Both the position numbers and the translations under genes were made by a program. A stretch of 64,000 bases of DNA from a virus (taxonomy: Duplodnaviria; Caudoviricetes), in the IMG/VR virus record IMGVR_UViG_3300046408_000009, positions 1 through 64,000 of that record, one strand, 5' to 3'. Under the pieces are notes generated by a model that did not search any database, had not been told where the DNA came from, and saw nothing but the letters and a program-made list of their open reading frames with translations. Shown piece after piece: positions 1-8,980 of this stretch (within the stretch, counting starts at the first letter, position 1; each line of letters begins with the position of its first letter).

Positions 1-604
1 GAATCGTGACCGGTGTCGAATTCAGTACTTCGACCACTTCGGTCTTGGCATCGTCATAGGGCACATCAGGGAAACCTTGATCCGGTGCACGATCAGTGTC
101 TTCGAGACTTTCGTCCGTGTAGTAACACGCGTCATCAATTTGATGTACGACGCCGTTAAAGGTCACCGGGAAATTGCTGGGGATTTCGGTCTCGTCACCG
201 CAGGAACACGTCACGGGCGATTGTGTGTTTTCCTCAAACATGGGTTCGCCAGGAAATAGAGAATCTTCGATCTCATCTTCGTCTATGAGAACAATCGGGG
301 TGAGAGAACGATTGAGTGCGAGCACGTCCGGGTGCACCGCTTCGATAGGTTGCAACCCTTCGAGACCTACGGGGACTACCACCTCAGCGGTGTGGGTGAA
401 ATCGCGATCATCGAGACCGGCACCGCCCTCACCAAAAATGAACGGACGCAGAAGTTCAACTTCTCCCACCTTGAATGGGCGACCTTGCTCAATGTTCATG
501 ATCTTGTTCTTCGACAAACCAACAAGTGCCGCGTACTTCTCACGAGATAATTTGCGCTTCGTCCGGTCGGCGTAGACAAGCCCACCCGTTATCTCAGTCG
601 TCAT
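1..604 (-). CDS. Partial protein (runs off the left edge): N-terminal XRE-type helix-turn-helix followed by a long acidic low-complexity region
   Basis: Hand translation from ATG at 604 (overlaps the helicase stop) is open to the window edge: MTTEITGGLVYADRTKRKLSREKYAALVGLSKNKIMNIEQGRP..., which has an XRE HTH pattern. Absent from the ORF track because it has no stop in the window. Confidence 0.7.
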   Translation of the reverse strand, partial: MTTEITGGLVYADRTKRKLSREKYAALVGLSKNKIMNIEQGRPFKVGEVELLRPFIFGEGGAGLDDRDFTHTAEVVVPVGLEGLQPIEAVHPDVLALNRSLTPIVLIDEDEIEDSLFPGEPMFEENTQSPVTCSCGDETEIPSNFPVTFNGVVHQIDDACYYTDESLEDTDRAPDQGFPDVPYDDAKTEVVEVLNSTPVTI

Positions 605-2492
605 TCGTCTCTCCCTCAAACGTCATTTCGCCGTCCCAAAGGGGTGTGGCGTTTATCAATGCTACCTCATTATCAAGTCTTGCAACTGCATCATACGCAC
701 AATTTGCAAGTAATATTTCACGATCTCTAGAAATTTCTTGCAAACGAGCGCACTTCATATGGAAGCGGGGAATCTGTCGCTCCTCGACGGTTCCCTGGGT
801 GACCATGTCAATGATGTTGATGGAGTCGTGAATCTGTGACCCGATCCGGTGCACCCTATTTTCTGCTTGCACATTCTCCACCATTGAGTAGGATCGTTGC
901 AGGAATACCGCCGTATCCGCGCGGGTCAGGGTGAAGTGTTCCTTGCCCGCGCCGATGGTCATGAGCATGACCCGTGCATCACCCGCCTGAAACTGGTCGA
1001 CGTAGGGCTGACGCAAATGTTGAGAAGTTTTACCGGTAACCATCCGGTAAGTGATGCCGCGCTTTTCCAATCGAATACGCGCGAGTTCAATAAGTTGTGA
1101 ACTCTGCGCAAATACCACCACCGGCTTATGTCCCAGGTCGTCAAGGATGGAATCGAGTTCGTCAAGTTTATTCGACGGTTCAGTGAGACGCACCATGTTC
1201 TCCGCGTTGATCTCTGCGCACGAAGAGGAGAACTGCAGGAGTCGAGTGTTTTGCGTAAGGTTGCTTGTTGCAAAAATCATTTGACCATCGTCAGTGACGG
1301 TGATCATGTTGTCACTCATTTGCTTATACGACTTTTTCTGCTTCGGTGTCATTTCCAGGTAGCGAACCTGGCGCACCTTCTCCGGCAGAAACTGCAGCAC
1401 CAACGACTTGGGCATCCGTCGCATTCTCGGATCGAGAATCTTGAAGAACTCTTCGCGGGTTTCCGGCTTGACCCCAACGATGTTGAGTCCCCCGTACGGT
1501 GTCCAGTCCGTCTGACAATAGCGGTCCACGTATTTAGTCTTGGTAGGGTAGTCGAGCGGGGACACTCCGTGCATGATGGGCCAGAGATCACCAGCGTCAT
1601 TGGCAATTTCAGTGCCGGTGAGCGCGAATGCAAATTCAACGGACTCACCGTGTTGTACCGCCCACACCGCACGAGTCTGTTTAGATTTTGCGTCCTTCAT
1701 TCGGTGCGCCTCGTCTGTGACGACGGTGCGGAAGGGTAGTTCGTTGAGTTCCTTCTTGACCTTCTCAGCCTCCAAGAGACTGACCGATCCGTACGGCGCG
1801 AGACGCGAGTAGTTGCGAACTGATTCCCAGCCGATGATCACCGCGACATCGAATCCTTCGTCAATGGCGTACTTCGCATCCTTGAACGCTTTCTTGCGCT
1901 GCGTCGGCGTGCCCGTGACGACGAATGTTTTGACGCGCGGGTCACCTTCGATGCACGAGTCCTTGATATGCACGGGGTGTTCCGGTGATGTGGTGTGCGC
2001 CCACGAATTAGCCCAGCCCTGCTTGGCACTCTGCGGGGACACCACACACACGGGGAAGGGGTTTCTCCCCCAGTTGGCGATTCTGCGCAGCGCACGAATC
2101 GTTTGGATGGTTTTACCCGTGCCCATGTCATCAAACAACCCGCCGCGACCACAGCGGGTTAGGAACTCCACGCCGACGTCCTGGTACGGGTAGAGGTCGG
2201 CTTCGATTTGTGTGCCTTCGGCCCACTGTGTGGCCATGCGAATCTCATTGCAGGGATTGATGCGCGTGTCAAGTTCGTGTCGCGCCCACTGTTCGAGACG
2301 ATCTCCTACTACAAGACGGTCACCGAAAATTCCGCGCAGTGCTTGGCATGACCCCCACGACAGCGGGACGCTCCACATGTTGTTGCGAATCCATTTTGAT
2401 CCGGGGACTTGTTTGACCGAATCCTTCTCACCAAAGTGAAAGGTCTCCACGATGATCAGGTTCTCGTCTACTGATGTTTCGGCACTGGGCAT
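594..2492 (-). CDS. SNF2-family (SF2) DNA helicase
   Basis: LYPYQDVG Q-motif, DDMGTGKT Walker A, VVTDEAHR Walker B, ALTGT motif III, QAENRVHRIGS motif VI. Confidence 0.92.
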   Translation of the reverse strand: MPSAETSVDENLIIVETFHFGEKDSVKQVPGSKWIRNNMWSVPLSWGSCQALRGIFGDRLVVGDRLEQWARHELDTRINPCNEIRMATQWAEGTQIEADLYPYQDVGVEFLTRCGRGGLFDDMGTGKTIQTIRALRRIANWGRNPFPVCVVSPQSAKQGWANSWAHTTSPEHPVHIKDSCIEGDPRVKTFVVTGTPTQRKKAFKDAKYAIDEGFDVAVIIGWESVRNYSRLAPYGSVSLLEAEKVKKELNELPFRTVVTDEAHRMKDAKSKQTRAVWAVQHGESVEFAFALTGTEIANDAGDLWPIMHGVSPLDYPTKTKYVDRYCQTDWTPYGGLNIVGVKPETREEFFKILDPRMRRMPKSLVLQFLPEKVRQVRYLEMTPKQKKSYKQMSDNMITVTDDGQMIFATSNLTQNTRLLQFSSSCAEINAENMVRLTEPSNKLDELDSILDDLGHKPVVVFAQSSQLIELARIRLEKRGITYRMVTGKTSQHLRQPYVDQFQAGDARVMLMTIGAGKEHFTLTRADTAVFLQRSYSMVENVQAENRVHRIGSQIHDSINIIDMVTQGTVEERQIPRFHMKCARLQEISRDREILLANCAYDAVARLDNEVALINATPLWDGEMTFEGETNDD

Positions 2493-2513
2493 CTCTCGTC
2501 TTTCGTCTGGCGT

Positions 2514-2966
2514 CTAATTATAGGGTTGAGTCACGGACCACGGCGGGGGAATCTGCAAACTGGCCATAGCCAATGTCGCGTGGCGAATTGCGTCGTTGGC
2601 GTGTCCCTTCCCTCGAATGAACCAGCCACACTTTCGTAGGTGAGCATCAGTGACGTATTTCTTGGCGTCGGCTACTGCCTGCAATTTGAACTCGAACCCA
2701 TAACAGGTTGTCACGTAGCGGGCGACCCCAATACCTTCGAGCGCCCAATGAGCGTCCTGTGAACGCTTAATGGTGGCGGCTCCTATGGTGAAACGTTCGC
2801 ACGCCACCAGTACGGGGACGTTGGCATTTTTCAAATTGTTAAGACTCGCGTTGAGCCAGTTTCCGAAATCGAAAAAATCCACTTCACTGCCGACCATTGT
2901 TTTTTCTGCAATGTCGTAGATGGCTAGCCCACACGTGCGTCCGGGGTCGATAGCGATGATGATCAT
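2514..2966 (-). CDS. RuvC-like Holliday junction resolvase
   Basis: N-terminal IIAIDPG, central ACERF, C-terminal HANDA acidic motifs of phage RuvC-like enzymes. Confidence 0.8.
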   Translation of the reverse strand: MIIIAIDPGRTCGLAIYDIAEKTMVGSEVDFFDFGNWLNASLNNLKNANVPVLVACERFTIGAATIKRSQDAHWALEGIGVARYVTTCYGFEFKLQAVADAKKYVTDAHLRKCGWFIRGKGHANDAIRHATLAMASLQIPPPWSVTQPYN

Positions 2967-2973
2967 TTACGCT

Positions 2974-3261
2974 TCAGATTCCCTCACGAATATTCGCTGC
3001 ACGTTCGTTCTGCATCAGTTCAATGCACCCGGCGTACCCCGCGATGTCAACCAGGCTGTCGCGTTGCATACCGTTCGTCGCCCGCGCGATCTTCAGTCCG
3101 ATCATGCACAGCGCGACCTGATCCGGCGTGATGTCCACACCAAGGATCGGGGACCACAGCGCGGCGATCTTGGTGAATGACTCCAGTGGTCCACCGTAGT
3201 CCTTGCGCCGATCACCATTAACGATCTTCTCCGCCTCTTGCAGAATAGATTCCTTATTCAC
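2974..3261 (-). CDS. Conserved phage protein (DUF6378-like)
   Basis: ILQEAEKIVNGDRRKDYG...IAALWS...VALCMIGLKIAR...DSLVDIAGYA pattern. Confidence 0.7.
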   Translation of the reverse strand: MNKESILQEAEKIVNGDRRKDYGGPLESFTKIAALWSPILGVDITPDQVALCMIGLKIARATNGMQRDSLVDIAGYAGCIELMQNERAANIREGI

Positions 3262-5062
3262 TTGTCCCCCTTAGATCGGACTCTTTCACATCACCCTTTG
3301 TCCCCCAACGCGTGGCGAGACTGAGTGACGCGGTGACCGGTGTAGGGGCTAGGAGAACGTGATCGTTCATGATATCCTTGACCGTGGTTGCGGCCTCAGC
3401 CGCTACGTCGAGCGGCATGTCACCAATGACTTCGTCGTGTACTAATAGCGTAAGGTAATCCCCGATGCCCGCGTTATCGAGTGCCACAGTTTTCATCTTG
3501 AGGATTGAGGCTGCCGAACCCTGCACCAAGTAATTGACCAACGCATAAATTTTGTCTTCACGGCTTAAGTAGTACGGCTGTTTCGTCAGCGGGCTGAGAA
3601 CGTACGGTCGACCCTCAGTGCGAAGACGTTCGTTGGCAATCTTCTCGACGTCACGCTTGAACCTATCCATGCCGGGGTAACGAGCCTTCAACTTAGACAT
3701 AAATGCAGAACCAGTCTCGAACGACACACCAGCCGTCTTGGAGAACTTCTCTTCACCCGCGCCATACACCCACGAGTACGAACCATTCTTCGTTAGTTGA
3801 CGCCGTCCGTCACTTCGAATGATCTCCGGGTCACTGAAAATTTCACGAGTCATGTTAAGAAAAAAGTCACCATCGTTCTCGTACGCGTCAATAAATGCAT
3901 TGATGAGTCCTTGATCCTTCGTCAAGAAACTCAAAATGCGCATTTCTATTTGGTCCCAGTCGCACATAAACAGCACGTTGTTCTCGCGGGGGATGATGCA
4001 GTTACGCACGATATTGGCGAACGCATTTGTCTCACTTCGACGTGGCAAAGTTTGGAATAGTTTCATGCTCATTCGACCAGTGATGGTCCCCTGAGCATTC
4101 ATGGATGGTCGAATGATTCCTTCTCCGTCTGCCATCTGCAGAAAGTTCTTAAGGTATGTTCCCACCACCTTTTGGGCCTGACGCTGTTGCTCCACCACTC
4201 TCGCGAGCGGGTGATCAATCCCTTCGAGCACGTCCTTGTCGAATGCGATAGCACCGCCCTTGGTCAATTTGGTGAAGTCGACGCCTTCCTTCGATAGCAC
4301 TGAGATCACGGCCTGTTTCGAACCGGGCTTCACGTTGTAGTTGGTCAGACACCACTGTTCGAGTTCCTTGATGTAGTTATCCAACTGATCCAGAGAATTT
4401 TGCGTGTACGGCACGTCGAGCCGTGACCCTCGTGCTTCAATTTTTTGCACGACCGTGGCGAACTCGCGTTCGAGGTCATACGCTTCGGGACAACGAGCGA
4501 GAATTTGAGGGTAAAGAATGTCAAAGAGTCGAGCCGTACCCACGGTATCCATGGCCGCGTAGATCGTGTACGCGGGGCACGTGTAGGGCACGGTCTCCCA
4601 AGTCCAGTTGTTTTCCGAGAACGCTTTATCGAGCATCTGCTGACCGTACGCAAAATTTGGGTCAATGAATCTGTTGCCCAGCGGTTTGAGTCCATTGGCC
4701 CGTGACGCGTCGAGCAACTTCGCCATGATCATGGTGTCGTGTACACGGCCCGGTGGCAGTACGACGTCGCAGAATTTTTCGAGTTTGGCTAAGTCAAATT
4801 TGGCGTGGTGAAAAACGTAATCACCTTGGTATCGTGCAAATATTTCTTGTACCACTCCGCCCCATCGATCCCAACGGAACGTCCAGCCCTGGTTACAGTC
4901 ACCAAACTGCACGAGACGTACGTGGTCATTGAACTCAAGTCCCGTCGTCTCCGTGTCCACCGCGAGCACCGGACGTCGTTCACCCAACCATGTCATGAAT
5001 TGCTGGCACTCATCGAGTGATTCGATGTAGTGCAGGCGCACGTCCGCGAGGGTGCTAGTCAT
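3254..5062 (-). CDS. polA: DNA polymerase, family A, with 3'-5' exonuclease
   Basis: Exo motifs DTETTG, HHAKFD, YAAMD; polymerase motif A DWDQIEMR, motif B RQLTKNGSYSWVYG, motif C VHDE. Confidence 0.97.
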   Translation of the reverse strand: MTSTLADVRLHYIESLDECQQFMTWLGERRPVLAVDTETTGLEFNDHVRLVQFGDCNQGWTFRWDRWGGVVQEIFARYQGDYVFHHAKFDLAKLEKFCDVVLPPGRVHDTMIMAKLLDASRANGLKPLGNRFIDPNFAYGQQMLDKAFSENNWTWETVPYTCPAYTIYAAMDTVGTARLFDILYPQILARCPEAYDLEREFATVVQKIEARGSRLDVPYTQNSLDQLDNYIKELEQWCLTNYNVKPGSKQAVISVLSKEGVDFTKLTKGGAIAFDKDVLEGIDHPLARVVEQQRQAQKVVGTYLKNFLQMADGEGIIRPSMNAQGTITGRMSMKLFQTLPRRSETNAFANIVRNCIIPRENNVLFMCDWDQIEMRILSFLTKDQGLINAFIDAYENDGDFFLNMTREIFSDPEIIRSDGRRQLTKNGSYSWVYGAGEEKFSKTAGVSFETGSAFMSKLKARYPGMDRFKRDVEKIANERLRTEGRPYVLSPLTKQPYYLSREDKIYALVNYLVQGSAASILKMKTVALDNAGIGDYLTLLVHDEVIGDMPLDVAAEAATTVKDIMNDHVLLAPTPVTASLSLATRWGTKGDVKESDLRGTSE

Positions 5063-5107
5063 CTTCGTCTTTCGTCATTCTGCAAATACTACACCATGAG
5101 TGTGACG

Positions 5108-5524
5108 TTACGCGATGTTCTCTACAAGAAATGCATCAGCCAGCGCCCGGTCCTGCAGAATCGCGGCTTCGAGCACGGCTCGCGCAACGTCGGTCATGTA
5201 CCGGACACCGTCGCGATCCTTCATGTGCAGAACTGAAATCACCCCTTCGGCGTTGTCGCAGATATGCGCCCATGCTCGTGGGGTCTCATCTTCCGGGGCT
5301 TGACTCGACTTTCCGGTGTGGGAGTCCTTGACCCAGTCTCCCTTTTTCACGGTCGACTGACCGACACCGGTCACAACGTATTGTCCCGCAGCGGTGAGAT
5401 AGATGTCCATCTCCGTCCATCGAGTTTTCTTCTCTTCGGCGGAACTAGCGTGACCCAGTAAGACTCCGGTGAACACGATAGAACGGCTGTGATCGGTCAC
5501 CGTGTACTTTTGTCGATCCGTCAT
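5108..5524 (-). CDS. Hypothetical phage protein
   Basis: 138-aa ORF with normal composition, co-oriented and tightly packed. Confidence 0.7.
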   Translation of the reverse strand: MTDRQKYTVTDHSRSIVFTGVLLGHASSAEEKKTRWTEMDIYLTAAGQYVVTGVGQSTVKKGDWVKDSHTGKSSQAPEDETPRAWAHICDNAEGVISVLHMKDRDGVRYMTDVARAVLEAAILQDRALADAFLVENIA

Positions 5525-5531
5525 GGCGTGA

Positions 5532-5777
5532 TCATACCAAACCGATCTGAAATTTGGTCAATCTAGTTTGCAGTTCTGTTTCAGTTTCGTAATTCGAGCC
5601 GACCCATAAGAATCCGTTGGACAGCGCGTGCAAGAACCCACGCCACTGTGCAGATTCATTTTGGCTGATTGGTATCTTGTCTGGATTGGGTTTGTTGACA
5701 TCCAAGGGACCATAGATATCCGTCAGACATGTTCCGCCAACCGGATCGAATTGGGCACACTCATCGTGTCCGCACAT
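5532..5777 (-). CDS. Hypothetical protein
   Basis: 81-aa ORF filling the gap between co-oriented genes; start uncertain. Confidence 0.5.
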   Translation of the reverse strand: MCGHDECAQFDPVGGTCLTDIYGPLDVNKPNPDKIPISQNESAQWRGFLHALSNGFLWVGSNYETETELQTRLTKFQIGLV

Positions 5778-5781
5778 GTGG

Positions 5782-6306
5782 TCAGGAGGGAATTACGGGC
5801 TGGGCGGGCTGGCCGGTGGGTGCCGCTGCGGGCGCAGCGGGTGCCACGCTAGAACCAGCGGCCAAGATTTTTCGAACGGCGTCTTCCACCATCTGAGGTG
5901 TGACACCGGTTATTGATGCGATGTGATTTTCGACGTTGGACAATTGCGTCGTAACGTCCGTCTGAAAAGCGACGAACGATTCCTTCAGGAGGGGGAAGTC
6001 GCTGCCCACCAACGTGGCTGCGTTGCTGAGGTCGGCTTTGATGCCGGGAAGCGCCGACGCCATCTCATTACCCGCTGCCGCGAGGGTGGCTTTGTTGAGT
6101 CCATTGTCGTGGAACAACTTCGCCGCGATGGAGACGGCGACGATCAGTGCGCCGACTGCGGTACGGACATCGGTCACGGCACTGGCCGCATTGTTCAGTG
6201 CGTTGGGGTTCTGCACGAGTCCCGTGATCATCGTGCCGAGACCGGAGACAATGCCGGTTGCACTTAACCTGAATGATACGGACTTGGGGCCGGTTGCTGG
6301 ATTCAT
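5782..6306 (-). CDS. Holin-like membrane protein with coiled-coil C-terminus
   Basis: Two hydrophobic segments near the N-terminus (likely start MNPATG at 6306); directly downstream of the endolysin. Confidence 0.55.
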   Translation of the reverse strand: MNPATGPKSVSFRLSATGIVSGLGTMITGLVQNPNALNNAASAVTDVRTAVGALIVAVSIAAKLFHDNGLNKATLAAAGNEMASALPGIKADLSNAATLVGSDFPLLKESFVAFQTDVTTQLSNVENHIASITGVTPQMVEDAVRKILAAGSSVAPAAPAAAPTGQPAQPVIPS

Positions 6307-6343
6307 CTCACGTCTCCTTGTTGGGTTGTGCAGATAGTACCAC

Positions 6344-6838
6344 TCAAACCAAAACGTCCGTGTGGTTGTGAACGAAGATCGGTGCACCAATGCTTTCAAT
6401 AAGGATTGACAACGGCACTATCGACGGGTCACCTTGGGTACCCATAGAGAAACAATTCGGGTCGTTGACGGTGCCGGGTTGCAGCAACATGACGACGTGT
6501 TTAGGAGTGTAACCATCGGGTTCCATACCGAAAAGAACGAAGTCACACGTGAGCGCCTTGGACCTTGTGACGATCAGATTGTTCCTCTTGGCGTGACTGA
6601 GGATCGATGCGGTGTTGCCACCGGACCAGTTCAGTCCGTTGGGGTCATTGCACTTCGCCCGGAAACAAATATCCGTGACCGTCCCTGAGCAGTCGCCAAA
6701 GTATGGCCACACCATCGTTGATTGCCAACGCCACGCCCAGCGGATTCCCTCTTCGGTGTAATTGCATCTCGCCTTGTTGTTCAAGAACTCGTGCGCAACT
6801 TTCAAGCACGCTTGTCGGGTGTCAATTGTCTTTGTCAC
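6344..6838 (-). CDS. Endolysin, NlpC/P60 (papain-like) peptidase
   Basis: Y...GDCSG catalytic Cys motif, downstream KHV His and CFSMG; follows the tail genes and precedes the holin-like gene. Confidence 0.7.
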   Translation of the reverse strand: MTKTIDTRQACLKVAHEFLNNKARCNYTEEGIRWAWRWQSTMVWPYFGDCSGTVTDICFRAKCNDPNGLNWSGGNTASILSHAKRNNLIVTRSKALTCDFVLFGMEPDGYTPKHVVMLLQPGTVNDPNCFSMGTQGDPSIVPLSILIESIGAPIFVHNHTDVLV

Positions 6839-6851
6839 TTCATCTCCTGAT

Positions 6852-7676
6852 CTACCAGTACACCAAAACGTAACCTAATGCTGATTGATATGCCGCAGTT
6901 AAGGATGTGCCGGAAGGGGTGAGGGACGAACCACCGCCGCCGCCGCCCGCATAGTTTTGAAAACCACCTCCGGCTGCACCGCCGCCGCCGCCGCCACCGT
7001 ACAATCCAGCGCCGCCACCACCGGCTTCCCCATACCCACCATTTCCACCGGACGCAGGGTTTCCCCCACTCGCAGGACCACCGCCATTAGAGCCGTTGGT
7101 AGCACCTCCACCGCCTACAGGGTACGCGGTACCACCACTCCCCGCAGTAGTTAGTGTCGCACCTTGGCCACCATCACCGCTGGGTCCTGAACCGGCTGAA
7201 CCACTCCCACCAGCGTTACCACCAGATGATGCATTGTTTGCTGAATCACCACCGCCGCCCGATGCAATTGCTATGTAGAGTCCGCTAGTCGAGTCGTAAA
7301 TAACGGCAGCACCACCGCCATTGCCTCCGGCGAAACCTGAACCAACGTTAATACCACCTACGCCACCACCTGCATTTGCAAGAATGCTTAATGTGTGTCC
7401 CGGCACTACGGTAATGGAGCCGAGTATTCTTGCACCCAGTCCAGACAAACTATATCCAGTCCCTGTAGATGAACCTCCTGCACCTCCACTCATATCAACA
7501 TTCATTTGTGTCACACCGCTAGGAACAACAAATGTGATAGGGGTGGCTAATGTATTCATTTTTGCGCCGGGAGTTCGAGTACCAACTAAATTGAACCCAT
7601 TTGCAGAACAAAAAGTTTTTCCATTTGTAACGTCAGCCGCGCTTGCCGTCCCTGGAAGAAGAATTCCGCTAGTCAT
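6852..7676 (-). CDS. Glycine-rich (polyglycine II-type) tail-associated protein
   Basis: FVVPSGVT...GGAGG, GGGGGGA runs, GGGGGSS end motif; lies in the tail fibre region. Confidence 0.75.
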   Translation of the reverse strand: MTSGILLPGTASAADVTNGKTFCSANGFNLVGTRTPGAKMNTLATPITFVVPSGVTQMNVDMSGGAGGSSTGTGYSLSGLGARILGSITVVPGHTLSILANAGGGVGGINVGSGFAGGNGGGAAVIYDSTSGLYIAIASGGGGDSANNASSGGNAGGSGSAGSGPSGDGGQGATLTTAGSGGTAYPVGGGGATNGSNGGGPASGGNPASGGNGGYGEAGGGGAGLYGGGGGGGAAGGGFQNYAGGGGGGSSLTPSGTSLTAAYQSALGYVLVYW

Positions 7677-8254
7677 TACGCAGTCTCGACTATCCCACTG
7701 GCGGTGATGTTTGAAACTGTGCTCGTCTGCACTTGCATATTGATTGCCGTTCCTGTGTGTGCAGATATCAGTGCAGATAAAGTCGATTGAGCACCGACTG
7801 GAATCAGTGATCCAGTGGGGAGAATGGAAAGTGTCTGCGCTCCATTAGCGTCAGCGAATGTCACTTGTGCCCCACCGGTAGGTGACCCCGACGCCACGTC
7901 GAAACACGCCTGCACTCGATAGAGACCGTTCACGGTCGGCGTGATCGTGGCGATTGTTTGCCATGTATTTGCAACGGTGATCGCCACATCTTGATTGGCA
8001 CTCGACGGGGGGCTAATTACCATCCACGTCGTGGTACTCAACTTGTACCGATAGAGCGCGTTTGCCGATGTGTTCCAGACAATGCGACCGTCCCAGAGAT
8101 CGGTCCCGGTGAACGCATTCATCTGCGTCGTGGTAACCACTGACACACCTGGACGCGCGTCTTCGAGTACGGCATTGGCTTGAGCCATGGCCGGGTAAAC
8201 CGTGACCGTGTCGGTCTCTTGCGGGTACTGGTACCCCTTCGCCGTGGTTGTCAT
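7676..8254 (-). CDS. Minor tail / fibre-associated protein
   Basis: Thr/Ala-rich 192 aa with GYQYP N-terminus; located in the tail module. Confidence 0.7.
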   Translation of the reverse strand: MTTTAKGYQYPQETDTVTVYPAMAQANAVLEDARPGVSVVTTTQMNAFTGTDLWDGRIVWNTSANALYRYKLSTTTWMVISPPSSANQDVAITVANTWQTIATITPTVNGLYRVQACFDVASGSPTGGAQVTFADANGAQTLSILPTGSLIPVGAQSTLSALISAHTGTAINMQVQTSTVSNITASGIVETA

Positions 8255-8257
8255 GTG

Positions 8258-8980
8258 CTACACCGGTATTTCGTTCGAGAGTGATGCCCACGTATCCGTC
8301 TGATCCGCCCAGCGCCCTGTAGTAGTTGCCGGGTAGTTCACCATTTCTCCCCACGTCAGTCCAGCCTGCACTAGAAATGACATTACTAGACCAGCGGGCT
8401 TCGCGGCGATAAGCGCAGCCAACGCAGCCATTGCGGTCGCACCACCCGCGCCACCGGGCATCTGCACCGCTTGGCACATGATGGTGAAACTGTAGGGGTC
8501 CGGGGTGCGCTCCAACACTTGCACCAATTGCGTGCCAGTGAGAAATTGTTGCAGCACACTGACCAGAGACGTCACCGTGCCACGCTTCGTTCTGGCTTGT
8601 CCTGCGATGAGCGATCTCATCTGTGCTTCGGTACTGCCTGCGGGGATTGTGACCCCCGCGAACTGTGCGAGCCACGGTAACGCAATGACGGGACACACGT
8701 TCACGTCGAGCAATTGACTCCAACCCACGTGAGTCGTGCTGTCCCTGGTGTACTGCTCAGTGACGTCGTACTGTGATCCGATGGAATCAATGAACGTGAG
8801 GAGCGGGTAGCCGTTCCCCGCGAGACCCGACGCAATGTCTGCGTCTCGCCACGGACCCATTTGGTTCCACCAGTCGAGCGTTGTCTGAGAGACGCTGCTG
8901 GGTGTGGCGAGAGGGGCGGTAGTTCCGATATATGGTTCTGGTGCGCTGTACGCTTCGGGTGCCCCATACGTAAGTGTCAT
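8258..8980 (-). CDS. Baseplate wedge / P2 gpI-like tail protein
   Basis: LPWLAQFAGV...RGT...VLERT pattern; downstream of baseplate J and the fibre gene. Confidence 0.75.
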   Translation of the reverse strand: MTLTYGAPEAYSAPEPYIGTTAPLATPSSVSQTTLDWWNQMGPWRDADIASGLAGNGYPLLTFIDSIGSQYDVTEQYTRDSTTHVGWSQLLDVNVCPVIALPWLAQFAGVTIPAGSTEAQMRSLIAGQARTKRGTVTSLVSVLQQFLTGTQLVQVLERTPDPYSFTIMCQAVQMPGGAGGATAMAALAALIAAKPAGLVMSFLVQAGLTWGEMVNYPATTTGRWADQTDTWASLSNEIPV

